Assembly: GCA_001244265.2 (NCBI GenBank)
Contig: CDLV01000011.1
Location: 372,001-436,000 of the forward strand
DNA: 64,000 nucleotides
Direction of reading: 5' to 3'
DNA from: Microbotryum violaceum
Taxonomy: Eukaryota
Shown one piece after another: positions 1 to 12,308 of the stretch (the stretch's first letter is position 1; each line of letters begins with the position of its first letter). The position numbers were made by a program, and so were the translations under genes. The notes below the pieces were generated by a model, which was given only the letters and a program-made list of their open reading frames with translations, was not told where the DNA came from and searched no databases.

Positions 1-115
1 CCGTGTCTTCGTCGATCCGCTGGCGTGTTGCTGACATCTCCGTCTTCCCCCTTGTGCTTCGTCTGTGACTTGGGCCCGAATGCTGGACTGCGCTACCTTT
101 CGTCCGCACATGCAG

Positions 116-3100
116 GTCGTCATCTACCACGATCAAATTGGAAAGAACGTCTGGAGATCCAGTGATGAAGGGAAAAAGTGGGATATCATATCGGGCGTGC
201 CTCTTGGTCAGGCAATGTTGGTCATCGATCACCCGTACGACAGCCATATCGTAAGTTCATTCCGAGTCTCAACCTTTCAGGAAGTACGAACAGGATTGCC
301 CTGACCCCGAATTTGCAGGCTTTCATCCTCACCTCCACCACAACGCATTATCGGACTATGAACCGAGGCGAGAGTTGGCAAAGTTTTACCACTGCGCTAC
401 CGCCGTCGCTGAGTGCGAACACCCTCAGCTTTCATGCCACAAGATGGGAGTGGATTCTCTACACTGGTCAAAACTGTCAGGACTTAGGGGGATGGCGAGG
501 ACGCATCTGCCACGACGAGGTACGCGCCCCTCTACGCCCGATGGCTCAGATACCCACGGTCGTCATCAGCCCAGCTGAACTAGGGCAGTTTGACTTGCCA
601 GACATTCTATACCCAGGATGCCTTCGCCTCGTCACCTCATCTGCTGCTCAAATACACCTCCCGCTGCATTTTTGCGCACGACAAGAAGGAATATCCGAAG
701 GGCGTTCTTGACGAGCTTGTCTACTGCGTCGCGTTCGAGCCGCCGTCCGATCAAAGCCCCCAAGGTACACTTGCGGCTCTTCTGGGCGGCTCACGTACGC
801 TCCGCGAGTCGAGGCTCTACTCGTCGACTGACTTTTTCCAGACTGACCGTACCTTCGTCGATCTCGGCATTGGGAAGGAGGCTCGAGGGGTGGTCGGCAT
901 CGGTGGCGTTCAGAAGTATCTCGTCTGCGCGCTCAAGCCCTCAGCGGACAGTGATGGCTCGGGCGGCGAGATGGTTCTTTACGTGACGGAGAATGGCGAC
1001 CAGTGGTCACGCGCTCTTTTCCCCCATGGACATGGCCTGAAAGAAAATGCCTACACGATCGTAGAGTCGACCACACATTCGATCCTGGTTGATGTCAACT
1101 CGAACCCCCTCAGTAGCTCGGGCACGCTGTTTACCAGCAATTCGAACGGTACCCTCTTCGTGCGTAGCCTCGAACACACAAATCGGAACAAGATGGGGAT
1201 CGTAGACTTCGAGAAGCTGGTCAGTGTTGAAGGTGTCGCCATCGTGAATACCGTCAGCAATCACCAAGAGGTTGAGGCCGGAGAAGAAAAATCGCTCAAG
1301 ACGCGCATCACATTCGACGATGGTGAGCCTGCACATAGTCGTCGTGCTACGCCGAGATGGTCGGACAGTAGTCAGCGACTGATTGGCTTTCCTCCTACGT
1401 TGATCACGTGGCAGGGGCCCGATGGAATCTCTTGAAGGCGCCTTCGACGGACAACGAAGGCAAGAAAGTTAAATGCGATACCAGCGACCTCGAGACCTGC
1501 TCTTTGCATTTGCATTCGGTCACGCAGCCGCACAATTACGGCCGGGTCTTCTCATCTACTGCACCAGGACTCGTCATGGGCGTGGGCTCTATCGGTGCCC
1601 GCCTATTGCCCTACGATGAATGTGACACATTCCTCAGCACAGACGCAGGCCTGACGTGGAGAATGGTCGACGACGGGGCCAACAAGTACGAGTTTGGGGA
1701 CCAAGGCTCGATCATCATCATGGTTGAGGATGAAGAAGCGACGGATAGCCTCAAATACTCGTTCGATTTTGGCAGGACATGGTCGGTGACGGCCGCAGTG
1801 CGAGGGATCTAGTTTGCCGCCGGTCTCTAGCCCGCTGACACATCCTGGGATTGTGCCCCCCCCTCTCCCCTCTTTCTCTCCCATTCTTCCTTGCTTTCCT
1901 TCCTCTTCGGTATACCAGGAAGGAAGTTGATCTCGGTGTTAAAGTCCGCGCAAGGCTTCTCACAACTGCTCCCGATTCGACAACCCTCTCGTTCATCCTG
2001 CTGGGCACATTGACTCGACGGTCCAAAGACAAAGGCGGCGATGGTCAACGCCATATCGTCGTTCACATCGACTTTCAGCCGATGGACAAGCGCGTTTGCA
2101 CTTCAAATGATATGGAAAGGTGGTATGCCAGAACCCTGGGGGGTGAACCAGATTGTCTGATGGGGCACAAGGTGCGTTCTGCCCCTTCACCGGGCAGTCT
2201 GCTAGATGACCACTGATCCCGTTCACCGAGCAGCAATGGTTTATGCGTCGTAAGGCGGATGCTGACTGCGTGATCGCGAAGAAATTCGAGGACCCAGTGG
2301 GTGTGGAAGAGAACTGCCCTTGTGCTGATGAGGATTACGAGTGGTGAGCTACCTGCCTCCCCACCCTGACAAAACCTTCTGTATATGGCACTGACTTATA
2401 TGACACACTGTAAAGCGACTACAACTTCGCCCCTGACGGCCAAGAATGCATTGCGGTTGGCCCTGAACCGATTCCTACAGGGTCTTGTCTACAGGAAAAC
2501 GACAAGTTTCTCGGATCGTCTGGGTACCGCCTCATCCCCGGTGACACCTGTGATGTTGCACGAGGTATCAAAAAGGACGCACCGGTGGAGAAGTCTTGCC
2601 GCGCGGGTCAAGCGACTCCAGGCCTCGTGACCCACCAGTCCGTACGTTGGCTGGTTGTCCTGCTATCTTGACCTTTTGGTTCGGCCCGTGGGCTAACTCT
2701 TTCGATTTCAGTTCACTTTTCCGGGTTATGTGATCGATCAAGCCTACTTTGGCGACTCGCATGTAATTTTCGAGCGGCTCGAGCTCAGGACACTGGCGCT
2801 GTCATCTCCACGTACAAACTAACGTCTATGGATTGGTACATTTGCAGACGATCCTTGCGTTCACGGACAAGAACCGAGTGTGGGAGTCCCAAAACGAAGG
2901 CTTTTCGTGGAGGCAAGTGTCCGAAGGCAAGCACTTCGTCGCGATGACGATGCATGCGTATGCAAAAGACCGGGCATATCTCATCACCGACACACGAACG
3001 GTATATTACACCACGGATCGGGGAACTACTTGGAACACATTCACTGCGCCGACCGACCCCAACGGTCTGGGGATACCCCTGCTCGATTTTCATCCGCTGC

Positions 3101-5947
3101 GCAGCGACTGGCTCATCTGGACTGGCCAGCAATCGTGCACGGATCCTGATTCGACGTCTTGCAGAGTAATCGCGCACTACACGAAGAACAATGGTCGGAG
3201 CTGGGACAAGATAGACGAACATGTGCGAGTATGCTCCTGGGGTCGCGATAAAAGGTTGCACATCGAGGAGAAAATCATCTTCTGCGAGTCATATCGTGAC
3301 AAGACGGGCCCTCAACGCGCAGCCTACAATCGCAACAATCCTCTCCAGCTTATCTCCGGAGAAAATTTCTACACGAATCGCAAGGTCATGTTCCCTTCAG
3401 TCGTGGGCTTCGCGACTTTCGAGCAATACATGGTTGTGGCGGAGGTAAGCGAAGACGATCGAGGATCTTTTTGCCGATCGATCACGTGTGATCATCAGCT
3501 GAGCCGTCGACGTATCTACAGTTGGCCGAGTCAGCAAGTTCAATTGGTCTCATGATTTCTCTCGACAGTAAGAATTTTGCGCTCGCTCGCTTCCCGCCTG
3601 CTTTGCATCTGGAGAAACAAGTGAGCCTTGTCCTAAAAGAGCCTCAGGGAGCCCCGGGGAACTTAAGTGCTGGACGGTGCTGACCAAGCTACCTTGTCGC
3701 TCAGGCATACACTGTACTCGAGTCGACGACGGACTCCGTCTTCCTTCATGTAACAACACACGCCGACGTCGGATCCGAGTGGGGCACTCTGTTCAAGTCC
3801 AACTCGAATGGAACGTACTACTCGCCGTCCCTTGAATTCGTGAACCGCAACTCAAAGGGGTTCGTTGACTTCGAGAAGATGATCGGGCTGGACGGCATCG
3901 CAGTCGTAAACATTGTCAGCAACCCGAATGAAGCCGCGCTCAGTGGCAAGAAGTCATTCCAGAGCCGGATCACGCACAACGATGGTAGGTACTGGCTGTG
4001 TCACACGCCTATCGCTTCTACTTCGCTGCGCAAGAAGACCCTTACTGACTCAGATTTACCAGGTGGCCGATGGAAGCCTCTCATTCCGCCCGCCGTTGAC
4101 GCGCTGGGTCGATCGTACGAGTGTAGTACCGCTGTGAGTCTAATTGACGCCATGCACATGCCTAACGACTCGGGAGCTTGTACGCTTGGCTGACCACAGA
4201 ATATGCAATATCCGTCACAGAGCTGTGCTCTTCACGTACACGGCTACACGGAGCGCAAAGATCCCCGTGCGACCTACTCTTCGCCATCGGCAACCGGTCT
4301 TATGCTCGCGGTCGGGAATGTCGGGCAATCCCTTGCTGCCTATTCGGACTCGGATACGTTTCTTACGCGCGACGGAGGTTTTACGTGGGAGGAGGTTCGG
4401 AAAGACGCGCACGTGTGGGAATTTGGAGATCAAGGGTCGATCTTAGTGCTCGCCAACGACGAAGACCCCACGGACCACGTTGCCTACACGCTCAATGAAG
4501 GGATTTCCTGGCAAGAGTACAAGTTCGGCGAAAAAGTGCGCGTACGCTCGATCGTAACGGTTCCAATGGACACAAGTAGGAAATTCATCTTGTTTGGCAC
4601 CAAGCCCAATGCGCCGGACTCGTCAGTGGCCATCCACCTCGATTTCTCATCCGTGACGAATGTCAAATGTAGGTCCCACCGCCTTAGGCCTCACATAATG
4701 TAGTCTGGCACCTTTTACTGACGTGTACGCTCCCGCCACGCAGGTAAACTTGACCTCGCAAACCCCAACTCTGATGACTTTGAGCTTTGGAGCCCCAGTG
4801 AGTCCCGGGACGAGCAGTGCCTCTTTGGCAAGCAGGTAAGTCTTCAACTTGGCGCGCAGTCTTCTCGGTGCTCCTCCTGTTCCTGTACGATGCGTATGTT
4901 AAGATCAGAGTATGCATTCTCGCTCTGACAGACAAAGTACTATCGCCGCATTCGTGATCGAAACTGCTTCATCGGCGAGCGCCTACCTCAACCTCACAAA
5001 ATTGAACGGTACTGCCCCTGCACAGAGCAAGACTTTGAGTGGTATGTCATCGGTTTGCGGTTTTTCTTCTTCAACCGTGCCTTATTTCCTTGCCTTCTGC
5101 CCATTCCATAGCGAGTTCAACTACAAGCGTGATTCGAACGGCATCTGCCAGCTCGTCGACGGAGCTGCACCTCTCCCCTCCGACAGTACATGCGCGTGGA
5201 ATCAGGATTTCTGGCATGAGCGGACGAATATGCGCAAGATTCCCCACTCCGAGTGCCAAGGCGGTATGTCACTGGATCGTGGGGTAGCGCATGTATGTCC
5301 CGGTCGCTCGACGCGCGGTTTCTTCTTTTGGGCCACTTTGAGCGTGGTGCCATTCCTGTTTGCCGGTCTTACCGCACTTTGGTGGAAAAGACGACGCGGT
5401 GGCCACGGGGGACGGATCAGACTTCCGGTAAGGCGCCCTGGACTACGATCGGCAGTGTTGGCCCGAACTTACCGCCCCCCATTTCCGCGTTGTAAGGAAC
5501 CCGGAGATGGAAGCAACTCCCAGTTGGTCGATTTGCTTTTGTCTGTCCCGTGAGTCTCTTATGCTCGACTTTGCTGCCGAGATAAAGCTGCTGACAATCC
5601 ACGCAACAATCTACGCACTGCAAAATGGTTGGGTGGCTTGCGCAGGTGGGCCATTGTCGGGATCGTGGCGGCTACAGCCAGCCGAGTCAGGGAGATGGAT
5701 ATTCCCGTGAGTGATGGTTTTCTCCCTTCCCTAACCCTGGCCGAGCCCCTTGCTGACCCTACGATGATCTGCGGCGTTTCAGTTCATCAGCAATCGCCTT
5801 CGAAGGCGGGATCGCTCCGGCTATCGACTTCATATCGATGATGATGCGGAAGTCTTGATGGACTATGGTGTGTCTTGGAGGCGTCTGCTCATGGCTGGTT
5901 GCCGCAATGCTGACTCTAATCACCGCGTTTCAGATGAAGATGAATAA
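116..5947 (+). CDS. VPS10: Vacuolar protein sorting receptor Vps10/Pep1 (sortilin family); multi-exon, 5' end lies upstream of the window
   Basis: Two VPS10 propellers with BNR/Asp-box motifs ([32 protein letters not shown]), Cys-rich 10CC regions, TM helix [22 protein letters not shown], acidic tail ending DYDEDE* after splicing (stop 5945-5947). Confidence 0.95.
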
Positions 5948-6311
5948 TTGTAGCATTGCAGATGCAATTCCACACAGTGATCCGCTTTCGTCGCGTTGCA
6001 CAGCTTTCCTCGCGGTCGCAGTTCGCTTGAAGTCGACTTTGGATATGAAGCAATCTGAAGCAGCAGTAGACCCGAGCATTCGAGTTGCGAGTCGTTGTGC
6101 TGTCCTTGTTCTTTTCATATGAGTTGCATCGCCAATTTTGCAGGATAAATGATCTCTTACGTTATTGAAAAACACGGGGATCCGTTTCAATATGTGGGGA
6201 ACCTCGTTGTACGCTAGATCAAATGAGATTGTAATGAAGTAAGCCTTGTCATAAAGCTACAGGTATATCTGGGCTATGGGTCGACTGCTTTGCCTAGGGT
6301 CTCTCCAAGGA

Positions 6312-7678
6312 TCAGGCAAGCCTGTCTGTTGGCTCCGGTATCGAGTCGGTTGAATCGTCACTTTCACTCGAGTAGCTGTGAGCAAGATCCTCCCCGAGGG
6401 GCCTGACTGGGCCGGAAGGACGCACATCTTCCTCGCATGATTCGACTTTGATAGGGTCGGATAACAAGACCTCGTGACGAAGAGATGACTTGTACACGTT
6501 CATGCCGGTTAGTCGTGGATTGAGCGCACCATCACTAGGCGATGATGACATCTGCGTGAGATCCCGGCGAGTGCATAGTGGACCCATGTCAGAGCGAGTG
6601 CGACCATGGTGATGACTCTGGCCGGGGAGCTTGTCGTATCCTTCGCGGCGAGACAACTCGGGAATGGAGGCGAAGCTGATGCGACTCGATCGGTCGACTG
6701 GTTGACTCGGCGGCGAGGCGTGCTCGCTCGAGTATGTTGACGATGGTCGAATAATACTCCCGCGCTGTGCGCCTTCGAGGTTGCCGTAAGATGAGGCAGA
6801 GTGCCTGTTCCTGCTCCTGAATGATTCTGGAGGGGAGACAATCGATGCGCTGGGCTGCCAAGTGCCCTCGGACATCATGGACACGCGCTTGTCGATGACC
6901 TGTACATCATTCCAAGCCGAGTGAGCTAATCGGGGCCAATAGTCCAGCGCGAGCCGGCTAGACGAGCTTACCGCACTCCAACGTTTTGTATCTCCCCTTT
7001 TCCGATGAAATTTGTGCCAAGCCAGGTATGCGCATACCGCAACCATCAAGGCCACGAGAGGCGTCACGACAGCGGCAGCCAGTCGCCCACCGGCAAGACC
7101 TCCGTCCAAGGAGTCGGAATGATTGATTCCAACAGTTGGGGAGCCGTTTGCCGCCGCCTCAGTTGCAGGTGCATCGGTATTGGAGGCGTTGTAGATGTTA
7201 GTGATCGTGAAAGCGGGAGATGACGAGGCCGGGGTATTCCAGAGAGGGGATCCGGACGCCGTCATGCCCAACTGCAATGTCGGTTCAAGGTACGACATTG
7301 GTTACTCGTGGTCAGACGAGCACAAGACGTTTCAACTATAAGACTCACCTCAGCAGTAATAGGGTCTCCGCCATTGGATGACGCGTTCCACCAGGTCGGG
7401 TTGAGGCGGACCTTCGTGGTACCCGTTCCGAAGTCAATCTGGGTCCAACAGTGGACGGGAACGAGTCCGTTGGCCAGACTTTGGACAGAGAGGTAGAGAT
7501 CGATCTTGGTGAAATTGTAACATGTACTATCCCAACGAAAGACGACGTCCTCTAGAACTGGAACGCTTGAAGCGGACGAGGGATAGGAATACATGGTCGT
7601 GCACGCGGCGCGTCGACCCTTGAGCGTTTGTTTGGTGAATTGCACCGGAGGTGGCACGTGACCGGACGCGTGGTGCAT
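6312..7678 (-). CDS. Hypothetical single-pass membrane protein (extracellular beta-rich domain, TM helix, Ser-rich cytoplasmic tail); start uncertain
   Basis: ORFs 7262-7807 and 6312-7298 join via a GTGAGT..CAG intron; TM segment LAAAVVTPLVALMVAVCAYLAW followed by basic HKFHRKR; a second in-frame intron at about 6900-6970. Confidence 0.65.
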
Positions 7679-8555
7679 GGTGGGCGTGACCTTTGAAGTC
7701 TGCGACGTGAGCGGTCGCAGGCGATGCACAGGCGGGAAGTTCTTACGTGTTGAGGGACCTAGATCACTTTCAGGTGCATTCACGTACTCGGAGCGGTACC
7801 AGGACACTCTAGGACACGGGGAGCGCTGCCTCGCGCACTACCGCGCACTCCGCGCGAGCTTCCTCGCGCTTGGGCCTGGCACTGCTCTCGATCTAGGGCG
7901 CTACTAAAAGTTGTCGCTCGTCGAGCGTTTCGTGTCGGCCAAGTAATACGACGAGCAGTCTCCCACTGAACGACTATTTTGAAGATCTCTATAATTTTGA
8001 TTAATGGCTATATGATTAATGGCTTTGGTTTGGGCTTGAGGGCGAGTTCCCCCACCAGGGCCATGACCGAAATACCGCACTTGCCTTTCGCAATTGGACG
8101 CCTGCCCTGCCAGGCCGGGCCAGCAGCCGCAGAAGGCCGCAGAACCGGGTACCCCCGCAGAACTGCCGCAGAAATGCAGCGCAGTTAGTGCGCAGTTGCA
8201 AGTGCCGGCAGTGGACACTACTTGCGGCAGGCTGCAGGTTGCCCCTTCTGCTTCCCTGCGGCTCCTGACTTCCCCTCCGCCTCCAGTTGAAGAACGCCTC
8301 CCTCTCTTTCTTGCGTGCGCTTACGCGTGATTGGATGAGGCAGCGGGCTAACTGCGGTCGGCAACTGGCACGTGACACGCCGCAAGTGGTGGCAAGTAGT
8401 TGACATGCGGACAGCAGCTAGTTGCTACCCAGAATCGCTCAAAGCTTGACTGTTGCCGTTTTATATTCATAGATATAGACTCCACACAAGCTTTCTTCAC
8501 TGACTTCACTCACAATCTCGCCGTCTCGACCGCGTCGTCACAGCTGGGCAAGACC

Positions 8556-9854
8556 ATGATGACTGGGCGCATTTGGTCATGGAGCCGGGCCTGCGTTTTT
8601 ACAAGACCCACAACACCTCGTTTCACACATTCGCAAAGAGTTTTCCGAGGCAAGATCCCCGTTGGATATTTCACTCATTCGACCCTTGCTTCTGCACCCG
8701 CTACGCTCGGCTTTGCAAGACCAGTAGTTTTCGCCGTCTCGGCAAGCGCATTAGGTGGGTTTTGCTTGACGGTCTTCGCGGCACGTCTGCAAGACATGCA
8801 GAGACCGGCACTGACCACTGCTGCGTCATTCCGGTAACGAAATTTCTCATCCACGCACTAAAGCAATGTCGGTGGCGGCGCTTCACACGAATAGTGACAC
8901 CTTCAATCGCCGGCAGGCTCTCGAGCGCTGGGGCATGCCGCCTCGTCGATTCCTCGATCGAGGTCTTGACCCGATTCTGGCTGCATCTCGCAATAATGAA
9001 CTGGTGCAACGATTAGGATTTTTCGTGGATGCATTCGGACGACCTGGGCAGGTTGCACTCCATAGTTGGATCTTAGTGTCGGAGGCAAAACGTACACAAG
9101 TCGGCCTGATTGCCCTCTTTGGCGTCGTGTTCACGGTCTGGAACCTGAAGTCGGCCCGCACCTTGGCCGTCAAATACCTCTGGCAATCGCCGCTGGAGTC
9201 GAGGACTGTCACCTTGCTGACGTCTGTCTTTGCCCACAAGACCCTTCCTCATTTGGCATTCAATTCGGTTGCCCTTTTCTCGATTGGCTCGAGCTGCTCG
9301 GCATACTTCGATCGAATGGACTGTGCCTTACCTCGCTCAACTTCGAGATATGAGTACATAGCGTTTTTCATAACTGGTGAGCCCCGCTTTGCAACTGAGG
9401 CCCAAGCCGCGCTAACCATGTGTGGGCATGCCAGCGGGAATATTCGCATCTCTTGCATCACGGCTCTACTCTTTGACGTTTCTGCTTCGTCGATCATCAG
9501 TCCTGTTGCCCTCACTTGGAGCGAGTGGCGCAATCTGGGGCTGTTTTGTGGTCACAGCACTGGCGTTCCCGCAGGTGAGTTCGTGAAGGTTGGCCTGTTA
9601 TCAAGCGTCAGAATGCTGATAGCGCTACTATATCTGCTAAGGCATCTGTCGCTCTAATATTCATGCCGTTTGTGCAAGTTCCAATCGGCAGTGCTTGTTG
9701 CGCGATGCTGGTCGTGGACGCTTTAGGCGTTATTCGAGGATGGCAGATATTCGATCACGTCGCGCACCTTGGAGGAGCCTTCTTCGGTCTGTTATACTAC
9801 GTCAAAGGGCACGCATTATTTGAGCAGCTTCGACAATCTCTACTTGGCCCATAG
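8556..9854 (+). CDS. PCP1: Mitochondrial rhomboid protease (Pcp1/PARL-like)
   Basis: Arg/Ser/Thr-rich presequence, TSVFAH..HLAFN, catalytic SLGASGAIW (near 9515) and HVAHLGGA motifs after splicing. Confidence 0.88.
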
Positions 9855-9980
9855 TTGACTTGAGGTAGGGACAATGGCCCTTGAAACTATATAAAGTGAC
9901 GGTCTACAAGAGCGTCTACCGGCTGGGGATACAGGCTTAACCTTGCAACGGTATCAGCCATCATTGGACCGGGATGGTCA

Positions 9981-12308
9981 TCACTGCAAAGGCTCAGAAC
10001 TCTTTGACAGCCGGGAGAGATGCTATCGCAACAGCACATACACACAGGTTTGCACGAATACGTCAGAACAAAGGGTAAGAGTAACAAAGGAGCTCGGTCA
10101 ATTGGGTAAACACACAGAGTGGGCGCCGGATCTAACTCACGATGTAGCAATCTGTTCCATAACCTTCCATTGAAATTAGCTTAAGCGAGCCGCCAAAATA
10201 TTGCGAGTACAACCGAGCGATGGGCAACCCGTAGCCTGTTCATGCATGGTTGCGCAAACGCGCGGTCAGTCCCTCTCGACCTGTCGTCATCTTGCTTCTC
10301 GAGGACGCACCAAAACCCGCCATAGGTGCCTTGAAGTCTGTCCCTTGAAAATCCTGATCGAGGTTCTCGGGGTTCGCGGTCGTATACCTAACGAGGCGCA
10401 AACGAGTCAGACTCTCCTCGCGTGCACCACCGCAACAGCCTCACGCACATGAAGGTCCAAACTAGGGGTAGAGCGCTTCGAGGAATTCCTCCTCCCTCGT
10501 CAGATATCTTGATGGTGATGTCCTCATTCCCTTCCGCCACAATGACTTTGACCGGTGGGTACTCCTCGCACTCGACCCCATGTGTTTCGACCACTGCTCG
10601 CAGTGAATTCTTCAAAACCTCAAACAAGACATGGTTCTTGCAGTAATGAGGGCGCCGTCAGCGACACGCCAAGGCCCTGTACGTACATCCGATGGCTCAA
10701 GATAACGTACCAAATGGCTTGGCACATACATGAAGTTCAACTCTTTCGAGCAAATCAGTTGCACGGGCGGGCCTTTGAACAAGCCGAAGTGCTCTTCGCA
10801 TACATAGGTAGCGTTCTCGATCGCTTCCCGGGCAATTTGATGGATGTTGGTCCTCGTGCAGATGATCCCAACTGCTCCAGTCCCGAGATGTCATGTAAGT
10901 GTCTGCCCGCGTCCCTACTCGTTGACGGGAGGCGGACAACTGACCATAATCCTGTGGATGGCATGAAGCGGGAAGATCAGAGAAAGCGTCAAGTTGAGAG
11001 GCAGGTTTTGGACTCACCTCGTGAGGCTCAAGGCGATTCAAGGCAATGTGCTGGCCTATCAAAACCCGGATGCCTGGCGAAACGAGCGCAGCTGAAACTT
11101 CAGTCCCGCAAATAGCGCTTGTGATGATCCCCGCAGCGCAATATGCGGCTGGGCGACTAGCTCACCAATGCGAGACATATAAAAGCGGTCGAGAAAGGTC
11201 TGTATCGAGCGATCAATGTGTGGGGTCTTGTTCTCCCGCTTGAACTCCAGAATACCCTGCGCAATGGTTGTCACAACTGGGTCGTGCCTTCTTTTAATGT
11301 TTGACAAAAGCTTGGTGAACCTCTCGTTATAGTCATGCACTTCGGGCGGCCATTTTATGCTTGAGTCAGGATCTGTGTAATAGCTACAACAGCGATATCG
11401 CGTGACAACGATGAGTCGCCGTGCGATACGACTGAAGCCGACGACTTACCGATGTTGAAGAGGCGGCCGTTGTTTTCCACTTGTGACTTTGGAGTCACTT
11501 GGCCGGGGCTTCATGTGCTCGGGAAGAGAGGGATTGGGCACCGATTCCGGAAGCGATGGAGACTCGTGCGACGCCCGCATGAACGCTTCGTGTATCGACG
11601 GTGGTAGCTCGGGTTTTGGGAAGTTGACCAACTCCTGTTCATACGGCGCAGAGGTTGTCGACGCCGACTAATCAGGGACCAGACCAAACTATCCGGCTCC
11701 GGTTTAGCTCACCTCGAACGACTCGGCATACCAGCGCTTCACTTTCTCAATGCTAGGCATCTTGTTGAGAGAATGGGGTAGCTCATCCAGCTCCTTTACG
11801 CGGTGGGCCAGACGGATCGGCAACTCCTCTGTGGACGTGACATCGCGATTGCATCGTAGTCAGTCGCTCGATTGCCTTGTTCATGCACCGCACGGAGTGA
11901 TGGTTGCGCCTCACCTGCGAGGAACTGTGAAGCTCGGAGCAATGTGCCCTGCGTTCATCCATGAGGTCACAGCAAGAGCCGATTTAGCGCAAAGCTCCGA
12001 GCAGGCCACGCCGGGTCGAACAGCAGAATACCCGACCAACCTGAGAGGGGTTTTGACCTGCCCCAAGATACGCAGCCACGTCCCAAAGCGCGTCATGCGG
12101 AGATGCGGGGATCGCTGGCGGTCAGCTACGGCTCCGACCCGAGAGCGAGAGAATAGCAGCACATCGCGTATAGTGCTGACTCACCAAATTTGACCATCTG
12201 CCGCAAGCTCACGCCTGTTTGGCTGAACGATGCATAGTGTACGATCTGCTTCCAGAGCCTACGGGTCCAATCCCGGAGTCGAAGCGGCGCCGGCGCCGGC
12301 GTTAGCAT
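9981..12308 (-). CDS. Mitochondrial pyruvate dehydrogenase / branched-chain alpha-ketoacid dehydrogenase kinase
   Basis: [65 protein letters not shown]; last exon [13 protein letters not shown]; includes a 17-nt GQNPSQ micro-exon near 12040-12057. Confidence 0.92.

Noticed and set aside
1-5947. Fragmented VPS10 ORFs suggesting a frameshifted pseudogene
   Set aside because: The breaks I checked coincide with canonical GT-AG introns
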